A DNA stretch of 64,000 bases from Bacteriovoracia bacterium (lineage in GTDB: Bacteria; Bdellovibrionota; Bacteriovoracia; Bacteriovoracales; Bacteriovoracaceae). Location of the stretch: NCBI GenBank assembly GCA_046570105.1, contig JBKHVI010000003.1:48807-112806 (forward strand), written 5' to 3'. Of this stretch, positions 38,258 through 48,358 are shown piece after piece. The position numbers and the translations under genes are program-made. Below the pieces are notes generated by a model. It was not told where the DNA came from and searched no databases. It saw only the letters and a program-made list of their open reading frames with translations. How positions within the stretch are numbered: the stretch's first letter is position 1; every line of letters starts with the position of its first letter.

Positions 38258-40096
38258 TTATTTAAGTAGCTGAAAAGTGAGGAAAGCCATTATCCAAGCG
38301 AGTGCTAGAGTATAAATCGTCATAACAACAGGCGTTAAATAGCCGCCCGATTCTCGTCTCATAACGGCGAAAGTTGAGATGCATTGAGGAGCAAAAACAA
38401 ACCACACAATCAGGGCCGCTAAGGTCGCTAAGGAATACTGGCGAGCGAGGATGGTTGTGAGAGTTTCTGCTTGTTGATCCTCGTCACCTTCCACGGCATA
38501 CACGGTCGCAAGGGAGGCCACTAAAACTTCACGGGCACCAAAAGCTGGAATCAAAGCGGTATTGATTCTCCAATCAAATCCTAAGGGAGAAAAAATCGGC
38601 TCGAAGGTTCGGCCAATCATCGCAGCGTAAGAATTTTCAACCGTCGAGAGCTCACCACTCTCCTGGCGCGGAAAAGACACCAGCGCCCAAATCACAATTG
38701 ATAAAACCAAAATGACTTTACCGGCCTTACGCAAGAATATTTGCGCTTTATTCATCAGGCTGCGCGAGATGTGTTTAATCGTCGGCCAGCGATAAGGAGG
38801 AAGCTCCATCAAGAGCATGGAAGGTGCTTCGTGAGGCAATACTTTACGCAAGACGGCCGCTACTAAAATGGCGGCGATCATAGGAAAGACGTAGAGTGCC
38901 ATCATCATGAGACCTTGCATGGAAAAAGGTCCGACTTTTTGATCAGCGGAAATAAGGGCGGCGACCAAGAGAGTGAAGACCGGCAAGCGCGCTGAGCATG
39001 TCGTAAGAGGAATAACCAGCATAGAGATGAGTCGCTCGCGACGATCTTCTAGAATTCTAGTCGCCAGAATTCCGGGAATGGCACAGGCATGACTTGATAA
39101 GAGCGGAATCATCGCTTTCCCTGGAAGACCAAGCTTTCTCATAAAGCCATCCATCAAGAAAGCGGCACGGCCGAGATAACCCACGTCTTCAAGAATCTGG
39201 ATGAATAAAAAGAGCATGAGGATTTGCGGAAGAAATACCACGACACCGCCGACTCCCCCAATCACTCCATCAACGATAAGACTTTGGAGCATCGGTTGAG
39301 TGATGAATTGTTTGACGGTTTCACCTAAGAAACCACAGCCCGCTTCGATTAAATCTTGTAGTGGACCCGCCCAACTGAAGAGTGCTTGAAACATGAGGAG
39401 CAAGAGCGCAAATAAAACGACAAAACCCCAGACAGGATGAAGAGCGACGCGATCAAGCTTTTGTGTCAGAGTATCTGGCTTGAGTGGTGATTCAACTATT
39501 TCCTTGAGCCAACGATCAATCGTCGAGAATTTCTCACGCACATAATCGGGAGCTTTGATTTTCTTCTGATAATTCTCAGGGAGTACAACGGCACGAGGCT
39601 GATGAGCGCTTAGCTCTTGTTCGATAACTGCTTTGAGTTTATCCATCCCATCGCCCGTAACGGCCGAAACCGGCACGACTTTACATTCTGAAAGACGGGC
39701 AAAAGCGTCGATGGATAATTTCTGTCCCCGGCGAGTGGATTGATCCATTTGAGTCAGAGCAATCAAAGGCCTATGACCCAACTCTAAAATTTGTAATAGC
39801 AGGTAGAGTGATTTTTGTAAGTGAGTGGCATCCAGTACAAGAATGAGTGGTCCTGCTTCAGTTTTTTTTCCCGTGAGCCAATCTCGGGCGACTTTTTCAT
39901 CGAGTGTTGCCACATCTAAGGAATACAAACCCGGCAGGTCTATCAGTTCACAAGTCGAATTGCTAAGAATCATGCGCGCTGATTTTTTTTCGACCGTGAC
40001 ACCGGGAAAGTTGGCGACTTTTTGAAAACTGCCAGTCAGAGCGTTAAAGAGTGCAGTTTTTCCAACGTTAGGTGTACCGACCAAAGCGAAGTTCAT
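38258..40096 (-). CDS. feoB: Ferrous iron transporter FeoB
   Basis: GTPNVGKT, VANFPGVTVE, DLPG; Gate-domain CAIPG, CSARLPV, ELPPY, PQC motifs. Confidence 0.96.
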   Translation of the reverse strand: MNFALVGTPNVGKTALFNALTGSFQKVANFPGVTVEKKSARMILSNSTCELIDLPGLYSLDVATLDEKVARDWLTGKKTEAGPLILVLDATHLQKSLYLLLQILELGHRPLIALTQMDQSTRRGQKLSIDAFARLSECKVVPVSAVTGDGMDKLKAVIEQELSAHQPRAVVLPENYQKKIKAPDYVREKFSTIDRWLKEIVESPLKPDTLTQKLDRVALHPVWGFVVLFALLLLMFQALFSWAGPLQDLIEAGCGFLGETVKQFITQPMLQSLIVDGVIGGVGGVVVFLPQILMLFLFIQILEDVGYLGRAAFLMDGFMRKLGLPGKAMIPLLSSHACAIPGILATRILEDRRERLISMLVIPLTTCSARLPVFTLLVAALISADQKVGPFSMQGLMMMALYVFPMIAAILVAAVLRKVLPHEAPSMLLMELPPYRWPTIKHISRSLMNKAQIFLRKAGKVILVLSIVIWALVSFPRQESGELSTVENSYAAMIGRTFEPIFSPLGFDWRINTALIPAFGAREVLVASLATVYAVEGDEDQQAETLTTILARQYSLATLAALIVWFVFAPQCISTFAVMRRESGGYLTPVVMTIYTLALAWIMAFLTFQLLK

Positions 40097-40332
40097 TTTT
40101 GCGCCTGCTCAATTTGAATCTGCTGCGCTTCATGCTTAGCAAGCGCGATACTGAGCCCTCTGATGCGAACCAAGTAGGGATTTTTCACTAGTGGGGCCAC
40201 GGCAACACATTCAAATTCAATTCCAGAAACAAAACCTAATTGGCGCAAACGTGACGCGATGACGGAGTCTTCATCGGCGATCAGTTCTACGATGCGGTAT
40301 GAATTTGTAGGGATAACATCGGCTAAAGTCAT
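40093..40332 (-). CDS. feoA: Ferrous iron transport protein FeoA
   Basis: MTLAD...RLRQLGFVSG...APL..P..VRIRG..IAL...EA; ATGA overlap with feoB. Confidence 0.9.
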   Translation of the reverse strand: MTLADVIPTNSYRIVELIADEDSVIASRLRQLGFVSGIEFECVAVAPLVKNPYLVRIRGLSIALAKHEAQQIQIEQAQK

Positions 40333-40335
40333 GAT

Positions 40336-40368
40336 GTTTGGTATACCAAACGCGATGCTGCTCGGCAA
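40336..40368 (-). promoter_or_regulatory. feoAB promoter with overlapping palindromic operator
   Basis: TTGCCG-N17-TATACC; perfect palindrome GTTTGGTATACCAAAC (40336-40351) covers the -10 box. Confidence 0.65.
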
Positions 40369-40451
40369 TCGGATGCTAACGAAATCTTGACCTGGCCATT
40401 ACGCTTAACCTCTTGTTATCACCTTGCAAACCCTCATGCCTGGAGCTTTCC

Positions 40452-41981
40452 ATGTTACGTTCCCTGCTGCTTTTATTGCTCATAGTTTCTTGCGCGACCC
40501 CTTATCAAGCGGACAAGACTTATCAGCTCACGCTACTTCACACCAACGATCATCATGGCCGTTTTTGGTCAAATAGAGATGGCGAGTGGGGCCTGCCGGC
40601 ACGTCTTACATTGATTAATCAACTTCGTTCAGAGAGCAAGAAAGCCAATCGTGAAGTGCTCTTGCTTGATGCTGGCGACGTCAACACGGGCATTCCTCAA
40701 TCCGATATGCTAAAAGCTGAGCCCGACTTTAAGGGCATGGCAAAAATTGGTTACGACGCCATGGCGGTCGGTAATCACGAATTCGACAACACGCTTGAAA
40801 CTATTCGCAAGCAAGAGTCTTGGGCAGGTTTTCCTTTTCTTTCGGCCAATATTTATAAAAACGGCAAAAGATTATTCCGTCCCTACATCATCAAAAATGT
40901 CGGTGGACTTAAAATTGCTATTCTTGGTTTAACGACTAAAGACACTCCACTTAAATCAAAGATGGAAGGTCACCAAGGAACTGATTTCCGCGATCCGGTT
41001 GAAGAAGCAAAACTCATTGTTCCAGAATTAAAGAAGAAAGTGCATATCGTGATTGCCGTCACACACATGGGCCACTACCCCAATGAAAAACATGGGGCTG
41101 ATTCTCCGGGTGACGTGACACTTGCCCGCCAAGTTCCAGGCATCAATGTCATCATCGGCGGTCACACCCAATTGCCACTCTTTAAACCTGATGTGCAAAA
41201 TGGCACGATCATTGTGCAGGCCCACGAGTGGGGTAAATATGTCGGAAAAATCGATCTCTCGGTCAAAGGTGGAGTCGTTACACTTAACGATTACAAATTG
41301 ATTCCGGTTAATCATAAAGACCAGAAAGAAAAAATCGCAGAAGACGAAACGCTTAAAAGCTTTCTCGCTCCCTTCAAAGCTTTGGGTGATAAGACTTTAC
41401 TCGTTGATGTGGGTTATACCGAAGAGAGACTCGAAGGTGATCGTAACGTGATTCGAAATAAAGAAACCAATCTTGGTAATTTAATCACGGAAGCCTACCG
41501 CGCAAAATTTAATGCTGATATCGGCATTTCAAACTCAGGTGGTATTCGCGATAGCATTCAACCTGGCAAAATTAACTACGAAAGCGTTCTCACGATTCTT
41601 CCGTTTGGTAACGATGTCGTAACCGTGAAACTTTCAGGCGCTGAACTAAAAAAATATCTGACTCGCCTACTCTCAGAAATGCGACCTGGCAGTGGAAGTT
41701 TTCCTCAGTTCTCGGGGCTCTCTGCGCAATTTAATGCCAAGACTAAAAGCTTTTCAAAGTTAGTGGTTGCTAACAAACCGCTTGATAACAAGAAGCTTTA
41801 TACCATCGCCCTCCCAAGTTTCATCGCTGGCGGTGGAGATAAGTGGCCGGATCTACGAGGCTATACCATGCAAAACTACGGCTTTGTTGATGCCGATATT
41901 TTACGTGAGTACCTGACTCAAATAGGCTTAATTAAAAAAGGACAGTTTGGTCCCTTTGGAGCTGTGAAAGCTACCTACTAA
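40452..41981 (+). CDS. ushA: 5'-nucleotidase / UDP-sugar hydrolase lipoprotein
   Basis: Lipobox IVSC; HTNDHHG, DAGD, GNHEFD, THMG, GGHT, NSGGIR, GGD. Confidence 0.92.
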   Translation: MLRSLLLLLLIVSCATPYQADKTYQLTLLHTNDHHGRFWSNRDGEWGLPARLTLINQLRSESKKANREVLLLDAGDVNTGIPQSDMLKAEPDFKGMAKIGYDAMAVGNHEFDNTLETIRKQESWAGFPFLSANIYKNGKRLFRPYIIKNVGGLKIAILGLTTKDTPLKSKMEGHQGTDFRDPVEEAKLIVPELKKKVHIVIAVTHMGHYPNEKHGADSPGDVTLARQVPGINVIIGGHTQLPLFKPDVQNGTIIVQAHEWGKYVGKIDLSVKGGVVTLNDYKLIPVNHKDQKEKIAEDETLKSFLAPFKALGDKTLLVDVGYTEERLEGDRNVIRNKETNLGNLITEAYRAKFNADIGISNSGGIRDSIQPGKINYESVLTILPFGNDVVTVKLSGAELKKYLTRLLSEMRPGSGSFPQFSGLSAQFNAKTKSFSKLVVANKPLDNKKLYTIALPSFIAGGGDKWPDLRGYTMQNYGFVDADILREYLTQIGLIKKGQFGPFGAVKATY

Positions 41982-42062
41982 TTTAGGTTAAGATTTGATC
42001 GGCAAGCTAGACGAAGTTCACTGGAAAAAGAGAGCATTAATGAAAGCCAAGGAAGGTTTTCC

Positions 42063-42815
42063 ATGCTCAAAATTTTACTCTTCTTCATCCCCTCAATTGT
42101 TTGGGCACAGATCTGGCTTCCCACTGAACGCACCCCTTCCGAAATAGTCCGTCACAGCGCTATCACCATCGGATATAACGAATGGCACGAAACACCTCAA
42201 TGGGTCGGTCATGTGCTTCGTCGTGAACATCTGCAAGACTGTGTCGGACGATCGAATAGTTTTAAAATTGATCCGCTTCTTCGCACAGGCAGTGCTACAC
42301 CTGAAGATTATAAAAGTTCTGGATACGACCGAGGCCACTTAGCTCCTGCCGGAGATATGAAATGGTCGAAGGCCGCCATGCGCGAATCATTTTATATGAG
42401 TAATATTACTCCTCAGAGCGGCACCATGAATCGCGGCCGTTGGGCGCAACTCGAAACCCTGGTGCGTGCTTGGGCCAAAGAAGCCGATGAAACGATTATT
42501 TTTTCGGGGCCCATTCTCAAAGAGGGTCTTCCTCGTATTGGAGAGACCGGTGTCTCGGTTCCAGAAGAACATTTCAAAGTCATTCTGAGATCACGCGCTG
42601 GAAAACTTAAGGCGATCGCTTTCTTAATGAGTAAAACACCGGCTACGCAAGGGCTTGAAAGCTACGCTCTTCCCGTCCGAGAAATCGAGCGTCGCACAGG
42701 ACTTAATTTTTTCCCTCATCTAAGCCGCTCTACTCAAGACAGTGTGGAGAGAGATATTGATTGGAGTGCTTGGAACTTTAAAGCGAAGTTTGCCTATGAT
42801 CGCTGCTCAATTTAG
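42063..42815 (+). CDS. Secreted DNA/RNA non-specific endonuclease (NucA/EndoG family)
   Basis: YDRGHLAPAGD, SFYMSNITPQ, NRGRW..LE, VP..HFKV, IERRTGLNFF. Confidence 0.93.
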   Translation: MLKILLFFIPSIVWAQIWLPTERTPSEIVRHSAITIGYNEWHETPQWVGHVLRREHLQDCVGRSNSFKIDPLLRTGSATPEDYKSSGYDRGHLAPAGDMKWSKAAMRESFYMSNITPQSGTMNRGRWAQLETLVRAWAKEADETIIFSGPILKEGLPRIGETGVSVPEEHFKVILRSRAGKLKAIAFLMSKTPATQGLESYALPVREIERRTGLNFFPHLSRSTQDSVERDIDWSAWNFKAKFAYDRCSI

Positions 42816-44420
42816 TGGCAGCTCGATGACCATCGTGGTGTTGCGGCTATTCGTATCGAGAAATAATCGCCCGTTGTGAGTTTCCAAAATCTTCTTAGAG
42901 ATACTTAAGCCCAAACCAGTCCCCTGACCGATATCTTTAGTTGTGAAAAAAGGCTGAAAGATCTTTTCTCTAATATTGATTGGAATTCCAGGACCAGAGT
43001 CAATCACCCGTAATTCGAGCGTCTTAGCTTTTCTTTCAAGTTCAATTTTAACCCAAGCACCTTTCCCGTCCACCACAGCATAAAAAGCGTTAGTGAGAAG
43101 ATTTAGCAGGACTTGCGATATTTCAACAGGACGACAATTAACTTGAACATCATTCTTCAAACGAAGAACTTCTAAGTTAAGGCCTTTATCACGAAACTTT
43201 TCTTGGATGAAATCCAACGCATCATCGACTAAACCATTAGCACTATGAAGAGTGAGTGATTCGTTAGATGAATTTCTCGATATGCGCTTCATCGTCATGA
43301 TAATGCGTGAAATACGAGAAATCGTAGCCGAAGAGCGCTCTAAATATTGTTCAAAAGTTTTCAAATCAATTTGCCCACGACGAACACTCTTCTGCATAAG
43401 ATCGATAAAACCCTTCATGATACTTAAAGGATTATTGATCTCATGAGCGATACCGCCGGCCATTTCACCTAAAGCGGTCAGTTTTGTGGCATGACTTAGT
43501 TTTAACTCCGCTTCTTTTCGATAAGTAATGTCCTCACAAAGAATCACAACACCTGCAATCTCTCCTTGCAAATTTTGCCAAGGAACAAGTTTCCACGAGA
43601 TCCAAACATCTTCGCCATTAGGTCCTTTGACACATTCTTCATCCATGCCTTGAACGAAACCTTCTTGCGCTTTGAGAACTCGCACTTTCCATTCTTCGAT
43701 ATAGTTCGGATGACAGTCCCAGACTTTTTTTCCAAAAGGCTCGGGTTCAGTAAAGGTGTATTGCTCAATCCATGCATCCGACATCGCGAGATAACATGAA
43801 TCTTTGTCGAGCATCGCAATGGGTGTAGGCAAGGCGGTCAAAAGCGCTTTGAGTTGCGATTCACCCATTTTGAGATTTTCAATTTCAAGAAGTGCAGCTA
43901 ACTCACGGCGCTTTTCTGCTTCAATCACACGTCCCACAAAATCTGCGATCATGAGTGCAAAAAATTTATCTTCAGAACTCCACAAGCGGTTACTGCCAAC
44001 CACTTCACAACAAATGATACCCACCATCTCGCCGTCGATTAAAACGGGGACATCAACTAGAGAGCGGATATCGAGCGGAATACTATAATTATCTTTGAAT
44101 TCAGCTGTGTAAGGACTCGTGAAACAGTCTTCAACGGCGAGAACTCTTTCCTCGTTAATAACGGAAAAATAAACAGGGGCATTCTTTTTTTCTAAGACCG
44201 CACCATCTTCCCAACTATCCGACTTGCGATTGTAATTGGCCTCAACAGTCACTTTAGTTCTCTGTCTGTCAAAGGCCCAGAAACCAATATAATCTACCTG
44301 CATTGCCAACGCCGCTTCACGTGTAAGCGCCCTCATGGCCTCTTTGCGCTTACCTTTCGAGATCACCGGATGACGACTGATATTCGCTAAGAGTTGCTGG
44401 TAATGGGTAAAATTGCGCAT
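42807..44420 (-). CDS. GAF-PAS sensor histidine kinase
   Basis: GAF (DIRSLVDVP..GIICCE...R.W), PAS, AHEINNPL H-box, NLLTNA, DSGPG, GTGLGL. Confidence 0.92.
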   Translation of the reverse strand: MRNFTHYQQLLANISRHPVISKGKRKEAMRALTREAALAMQVDYIGFWAFDRQRTKVTVEANYNRKSDSWEDGAVLEKKNAPVYFSVINEERVLAVEDCFTSPYTAEFKDNYSIPLDIRSLVDVPVLIDGEMVGIICCEVVGSNRLWSSEDKFFALMIADFVGRVIEAEKRRELAALLEIENLKMGESQLKALLTALPTPIAMLDKDSCYLAMSDAWIEQYTFTEPEPFGKKVWDCHPNYIEEWKVRVLKAQEGFVQGMDEECVKGPNGEDVWISWKLVPWQNLQGEIAGVVILCEDITYRKEAELKLSHATKLTALGEMAGGIAHEINNPLSIMKGFIDLMQKSVRRGQIDLKTFEQYLERSSATISRISRIIMTMKRISRNSSNESLTLHSANGLVDDALDFIQEKFRDKGLNLEVLRLKNDVQVNCRPVEISQVLLNLLTNAFYAVVDGKGAWVKIELERKAKTLELRVIDSGPGIPINIREKIFQPFFTTKDIGQGTGLGLSISKKILETHNGRLFLDTNSRNTTMVIELPLN

Positions 44421-44421
44421 A

Positions 44422-46452
44422 CTAGCTCAATAGACCAGCTCTTCGTAAAAGAGCGTCGACTGAAGGCTCTTTGCCACGGAATTTTTTGTAAAGTTCCATC
44501 GGATGTTCGGTTCCGCCCTTCTCAAGTACGTTCTCACGGAATTTTAATGCGACAGTGGCATCGAAAATTCCCTTCTCTTTAAAATACTCAAAGGCATCAG
44601 CATCAAGCACCTCGGCCCACTTGTAACTGTAGTAACCTGCAGAGTAACCGCCGGCAAAAATATGTGAGAATGAGCACGACATGTTTGTGCCAGGCACGAC
44701 CGGCAAGATCGTCATGGGAGCCGTCACTTTATTTTCAAATTCAACAACATCTTGAATTCCACTTGGATTAGCCGAATGCCAGGCCATATCAAGTGTGGCA
44801 AAGGTCACTTGGCGCATCGTCGCCGTTCCTTCTAAGAAGTTGCCCGCTTTTTTAATTTGCTCAACCAATTCCGCTGGAATTTTAGCTCCTGTCTCGTAAT
44901 GCTTGGCAAATAAATCAAGACACTCTTTCTCTTGAACCCAGTTCTCCATAATCTGAGAAGGAAGTTCGACGAAATCCCAATAAACATTCGTGCCAGACAA
45001 TGCAGTATAGCGACACTGTGATAAGAGACCATGAAGGGCATGACCAAACTCATGGAAGAGAGTAGTCACTTCATTCAAAGTTAGTAGCGATGGCTTGGTC
45101 TTCGTTGGCTTGGTGAAATTACATACAATCGCCACATGGGGACGACGGACTTCACCTCGGATGAGACCTTGGTCTGAAAAACTAGTCATCCAGGCGCCAC
45201 CACGTTTTGTTTCACGTGGAAAGAAGTCCATATAGAACAAACCAATAAAGCCGCGCTTATCATCAGCTACTTCAAAGACGCGGACATCTTCATGGTAAAC
45301 CGGAAGATCTTTCACTTCTTTAAAACTCAAACCAAATAAGCGTTGAGCAACGGCAAAGACCCCATCAACCACTTTTTCAAGTTGGAAGTAAGGACGCAAA
45401 ATCTCTTCATCAAGACCAATCTCACGCTGCTTAAGAATCTCAGCGTAATAAGCACTATCCCAGCGTTGAAGCTGATCATCGATCCCATCGAGCTCTTTGG
45501 CGAGAGCAGCGATGCGCTCCATCTCTTTAGCGGCTTGGGGTTTGGCCTTCGTCTGTAACTCTCCTAGGAAAGCATTCACTTTTTCTGGTGTGGCGGCCAT
45601 ACGCTCTTCAAGAACGTAATGGGCGTGTGTGGTGTAACCCAATACATTGGCGCGCTCATGGCGCATTTTTGCTAGAGTGAGAACATGAGCACGGTTATCT
45701 AGCTCGCCAGCAATGGCCTTAGAGGAATTCGCCAAAAATACTTCACGACGAAGCTCGCGGTTTTTTGCGTAAGTGAGGAATGGAATCACCATAGGATAAT
45801 CGAGTGTCACAACCCATGAGCCCTTTTTGCCTTTCTTCTCGGCCATCTCAGCTGAGGCTTCGATGAATGAATCAGGCAAACCGGCTAAGTCTTCTTTTTT
45901 AGTGATAACGAGTTCGTAACTATTAGTCGCCTTCAAAACATTTTGTGAGAACTGCAAACTGGTCTTGGCGAGTGTCTCGTCGATTTCACGCAATCTCTCT
46001 TTGGCTTTTCCATCCAAGAGAGCGCCATTACGAACAAACCCACGGTAAGTTTTCTCCAAAATCATTTGCTCTTCGGTCGTGAGCTTTTGTTGATCGCGTT
46101 TTTCCCAGCATTCTTTCACGCGAGCAAAAACAACCGGATCAAGTGTCACATCATTACTAAATTTAGTCAGACGTGATGACATCTCAGGAGCGATTTTTTC
46201 CATCTCTTCCGGGCAATGGGCGGAGTGAAGATTATAAAAAATACCACTGACTTGTCCGACCGCTTCGCGAAGATCATCCAGTTTCACCAAGACTTCTTCA
46301 AAACTAGATCCGGTTTCTTTTTTCCAAATTTCCAAATCTGCACGCGCTTTCTCTAACGCTTTATCGAGAGCTGGCAAAAAGTCAGCGATTTGAACTTGAT
46401 CAAAAGCAATCGCACCATGGCGCAATTTTGATGGTTGTAGAAGTGCTTGCAT
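44422..46452 (-). CDS. M3 family metallopeptidase (Dcp / oligopeptidase A-like)
   Basis: KRGGAWM, FHEFGHALH, DFVELPSQ, FSHIFAGGYSAGYYSY. Confidence 0.95.
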   Translation of the reverse strand: MQALLQPSKLRHGAIAFDQVQIADFLPALDKALEKARADLEIWKKETGSSFEEVLVKLDDLREAVGQVSGIFYNLHSAHCPEEMEKIAPEMSSRLTKFSNDVTLDPVVFARVKECWEKRDQQKLTTEEQMILEKTYRGFVRNGALLDGKAKERLREIDETLAKTSLQFSQNVLKATNSYELVITKKEDLAGLPDSFIEASAEMAEKKGKKGSWVVTLDYPMVIPFLTYAKNRELRREVFLANSSKAIAGELDNRAHVLTLAKMRHERANVLGYTTHAHYVLEERMAATPEKVNAFLGELQTKAKPQAAKEMERIAALAKELDGIDDQLQRWDSAYYAEILKQREIGLDEEILRPYFQLEKVVDGVFAVAQRLFGLSFKEVKDLPVYHEDVRVFEVADDKRGFIGLFYMDFFPRETKRGGAWMTSFSDQGLIRGEVRRPHVAIVCNFTKPTKTKPSLLTLNEVTTLFHEFGHALHGLLSQCRYTALSGTNVYWDFVELPSQIMENWVQEKECLDLFAKHYETGAKIPAELVEQIKKAGNFLEGTATMRQVTFATLDMAWHSANPSGIQDVVEFENKVTAPMTILPVVPGTNMSCSFSHIFAGGYSAGYYSYKWAEVLDADAFEYFKEKGIFDATVALKFRENVLEKGGTEHPMELYKKFRGKEPSVDALLRRAGLLS

Positions 46453-46461
46453 AAAAACCTC

Positions 46462-47646
46462 TCAGTGATGAAAAATTCGACGGTATTGATTAAAGGTTAA
46501 GAATACGAGGGCGAGCCAGATAACAAGAGCGCCAATCATAACCCCGATAAGCATCGCTTCTGACTGAAAATAAATCAAGACGCCGGCCATAGCGGCCTTA
46601 GACGCACGATAGACCAACATATCAGTAAAGTACTTGGCCCCATATTTCTGCACTGGAGTGAGAGGATGGTAGAGCAATTCTTTACCTGCGCTAAAGAATG
46701 AGTAATCACTGGCCTTGAGATAGGTATAAAAAACGGCACTGGCCATCAAAGCGCCTGAATTAAGACCAAAAACCAGACAAAGAAGGTAGGACAGAGGAAT
46801 CAATAAATGCAGCGTACGCTCTTTGAGACGTTTGAGCATGAGCGGTAAAATGACGATTTGCAAAACGAAAGTAAGTGCATTGGTTGCGGTATAAATCTCA
46901 CCTAAATAAGCGGTTCGCTTGTTGGTTTCTTCAATCGCCGCTTCAAACAAGATTCCAAATTGAAAATCGGCAATATTAATCACGATCTGACTGAGCGCTA
47001 CGATCGCGGCCACATACATCACATACCGTTTAATCTCAGGACTCGAGAGTGATTTGAGTGGCGACATATTGTCGCTGTAGGTGGCTTCAGTGCCATCAAT
47101 TTTATCTAGAAAAAGCGCGATGAGTGCCGGCAAGAAAATAAAAATTTGTCCCACCATCAAAGTAGCGCCCGTGCCTTCAGTGCGAGCGAGCCATGACGTG
47201 GCCAATCCTCCCGCTACTCCGCCAAGACTTCCCAGTGCACCTAAAGGCCCCACCCATTTGAGAAATTCTTGGCGCTTAAGCCACGAGTTGGCGTAAGCGA
47301 GAATGAGATGGACTTGTAAAACGATGTAGACTTCTTTCCAAGCGAAGGCAACAAAAGCTCCCCAACTCATCCCTTGTTGGTAAGCCCAGTAGCTCACAGT
47401 AAAAAGAAAAATACTGGCACAACTGACGATGGCAAATGTCTTATGAAAACCCCAGCGAGCTTGCAGTCGATTCGAAATTGCGACGGCAGCGATGAGTAAA
47501 ATGACGGCCGCCAGCCAACCTTGCGGTGAAGCTTTAGCGCCAAACGCCTCGACAAAGAGTGTGGTGCTGCTGGCGCGGACAAATGGATAATTAAAGAGAA
47601 TAACGAAGTAACTAAACCCTAAAAGTGAAAAATTACGTGTGTTCAC
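46462..47646 (-). CDS. MFS transporter, NTT/TLC (nucleotide exchange)-like
   Basis: About 11-12 TM segments; K..DYS....KELLY.PL....KY.AK...D..VYR.SK motif typical of NTT-like proteins. Confidence 0.7.
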   Translation of the reverse strand: MNTRNFSLLGFSYFVILFNYPFVRASSTTLFVEAFGAKASPQGWLAAVILLIAAVAISNRLQARWGFHKTFAIVSCASIFLFTVSYWAYQQGMSWGAFVAFAWKEVYIVLQVHLILAYANSWLKRQEFLKWVGPLGALGSLGGVAGGLATSWLARTEGTGATLMVGQIFIFLPALIALFLDKIDGTEATYSDNMSPLKSLSSPEIKRYVMYVAAIVALSQIVINIADFQFGILFEAAIEETNKRTAYLGEIYTATNALTFVLQIVILPLMLKRLKERTLHLLIPLSYLLCLVFGLNSGALMASAVFYTYLKASDYSFFSAGKELLYHPLTPVQKYGAKYFTDMLVYRASKAAMAGVLIYFQSEAMLIGVMIGALVIWLALVFLTFNQYRRIFHH

Positions 47647-48161
47647 TTGAGGTAGCTATCGCCCTTCTGGGTATCAACAAACTCCGAAGGATGCTCGAAC
47701 TGATTAAAATCAAATGAGGTTTGATATTCACGTTTTTTGGCTTCCCCTTTACACAAATCCTTCATGAATTTGAAAAAGAGATTACGCGATTCTTCACTCA
47801 TCAAATGTTCCATCAAACAAGAATCTTTGTGAGCCGTTTCTTCGCTGACACCCACAATATCTTTGAGGAAATAAAACAAGAGTGTGCGTGATGAAAGAAT
47901 ATCGTGAACCGCCTCATGGCCGGCATGAGAGAGACTTAAGAATTTTGATTCATCTTCTATCACCAATTCGCGTTTACGAAGGTTGTTGAGTGCCGTTGAA
48001 ACAGAACCTTTCGTCAGACCCATTTCATGAGCAATATCAGTCACCCGTGCGTAGCCTTTGGTTTCCTTTAACTTATGGATCGCCAAAAGGTAGTGAACCA
48101 TCGAGTGAGTCAGGTCATTATCGTGGGTATGCTGAACGGGTGATTTCTTTTCATTCGTCAT
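47643..48161 (-). CDS. DtxR/MntR family metal-dependent transcriptional regulator
   Basis: YLLAI...GYARVTDIA..MG.TKGSVS.AL wHTH; DSCLMEHLMS metal site. Confidence 0.9.
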   Translation of the reverse strand: MTNEKKSPVQHTHDNDLTHSMVHYLLAIHKLKETKGYARVTDIAHEMGLTKGSVSTALNNLRKRELVIEDESKFLSLSHAGHEAVHDILSSRTLLFYFLKDIVGVSEETAHKDSCLMEHLMSEESRNLFFKFMKDLCKGEAKKREYQTSFDFNQFEHPSEFVDTQKGDSYLK

Positions 48162-48358
48162 GCCCCTACCCTATATCCCAGGCCAATTTAGCGTCAAATG
48201 ATAATTATTCTTTGCACTTAGATGGGCCTAGGAAACACCCAGGCAAACTCGCCAAATCCCTGTTATTTATGACTTTATGCAACATAGAAGACCTTGCCCA
48301 GGGTGGCCGCTCGCCCCTTCATGATAGAATGAGTGTAAGAATATCAAGGATTTGTCTT

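Noticed and set aside
41996..42025. GCCGATCA sigma28-like -10 box on the minus strand
   Set aside because: There is no convincing -35 at the right spacing, and it is antisense to ushA.
47990..48358. N-terminal extension of the 718-aa ORF
   Set aside because: It overlaps the DtxR-family gene on the opposite strand, and a clear signal peptide begins at ATG 48359.
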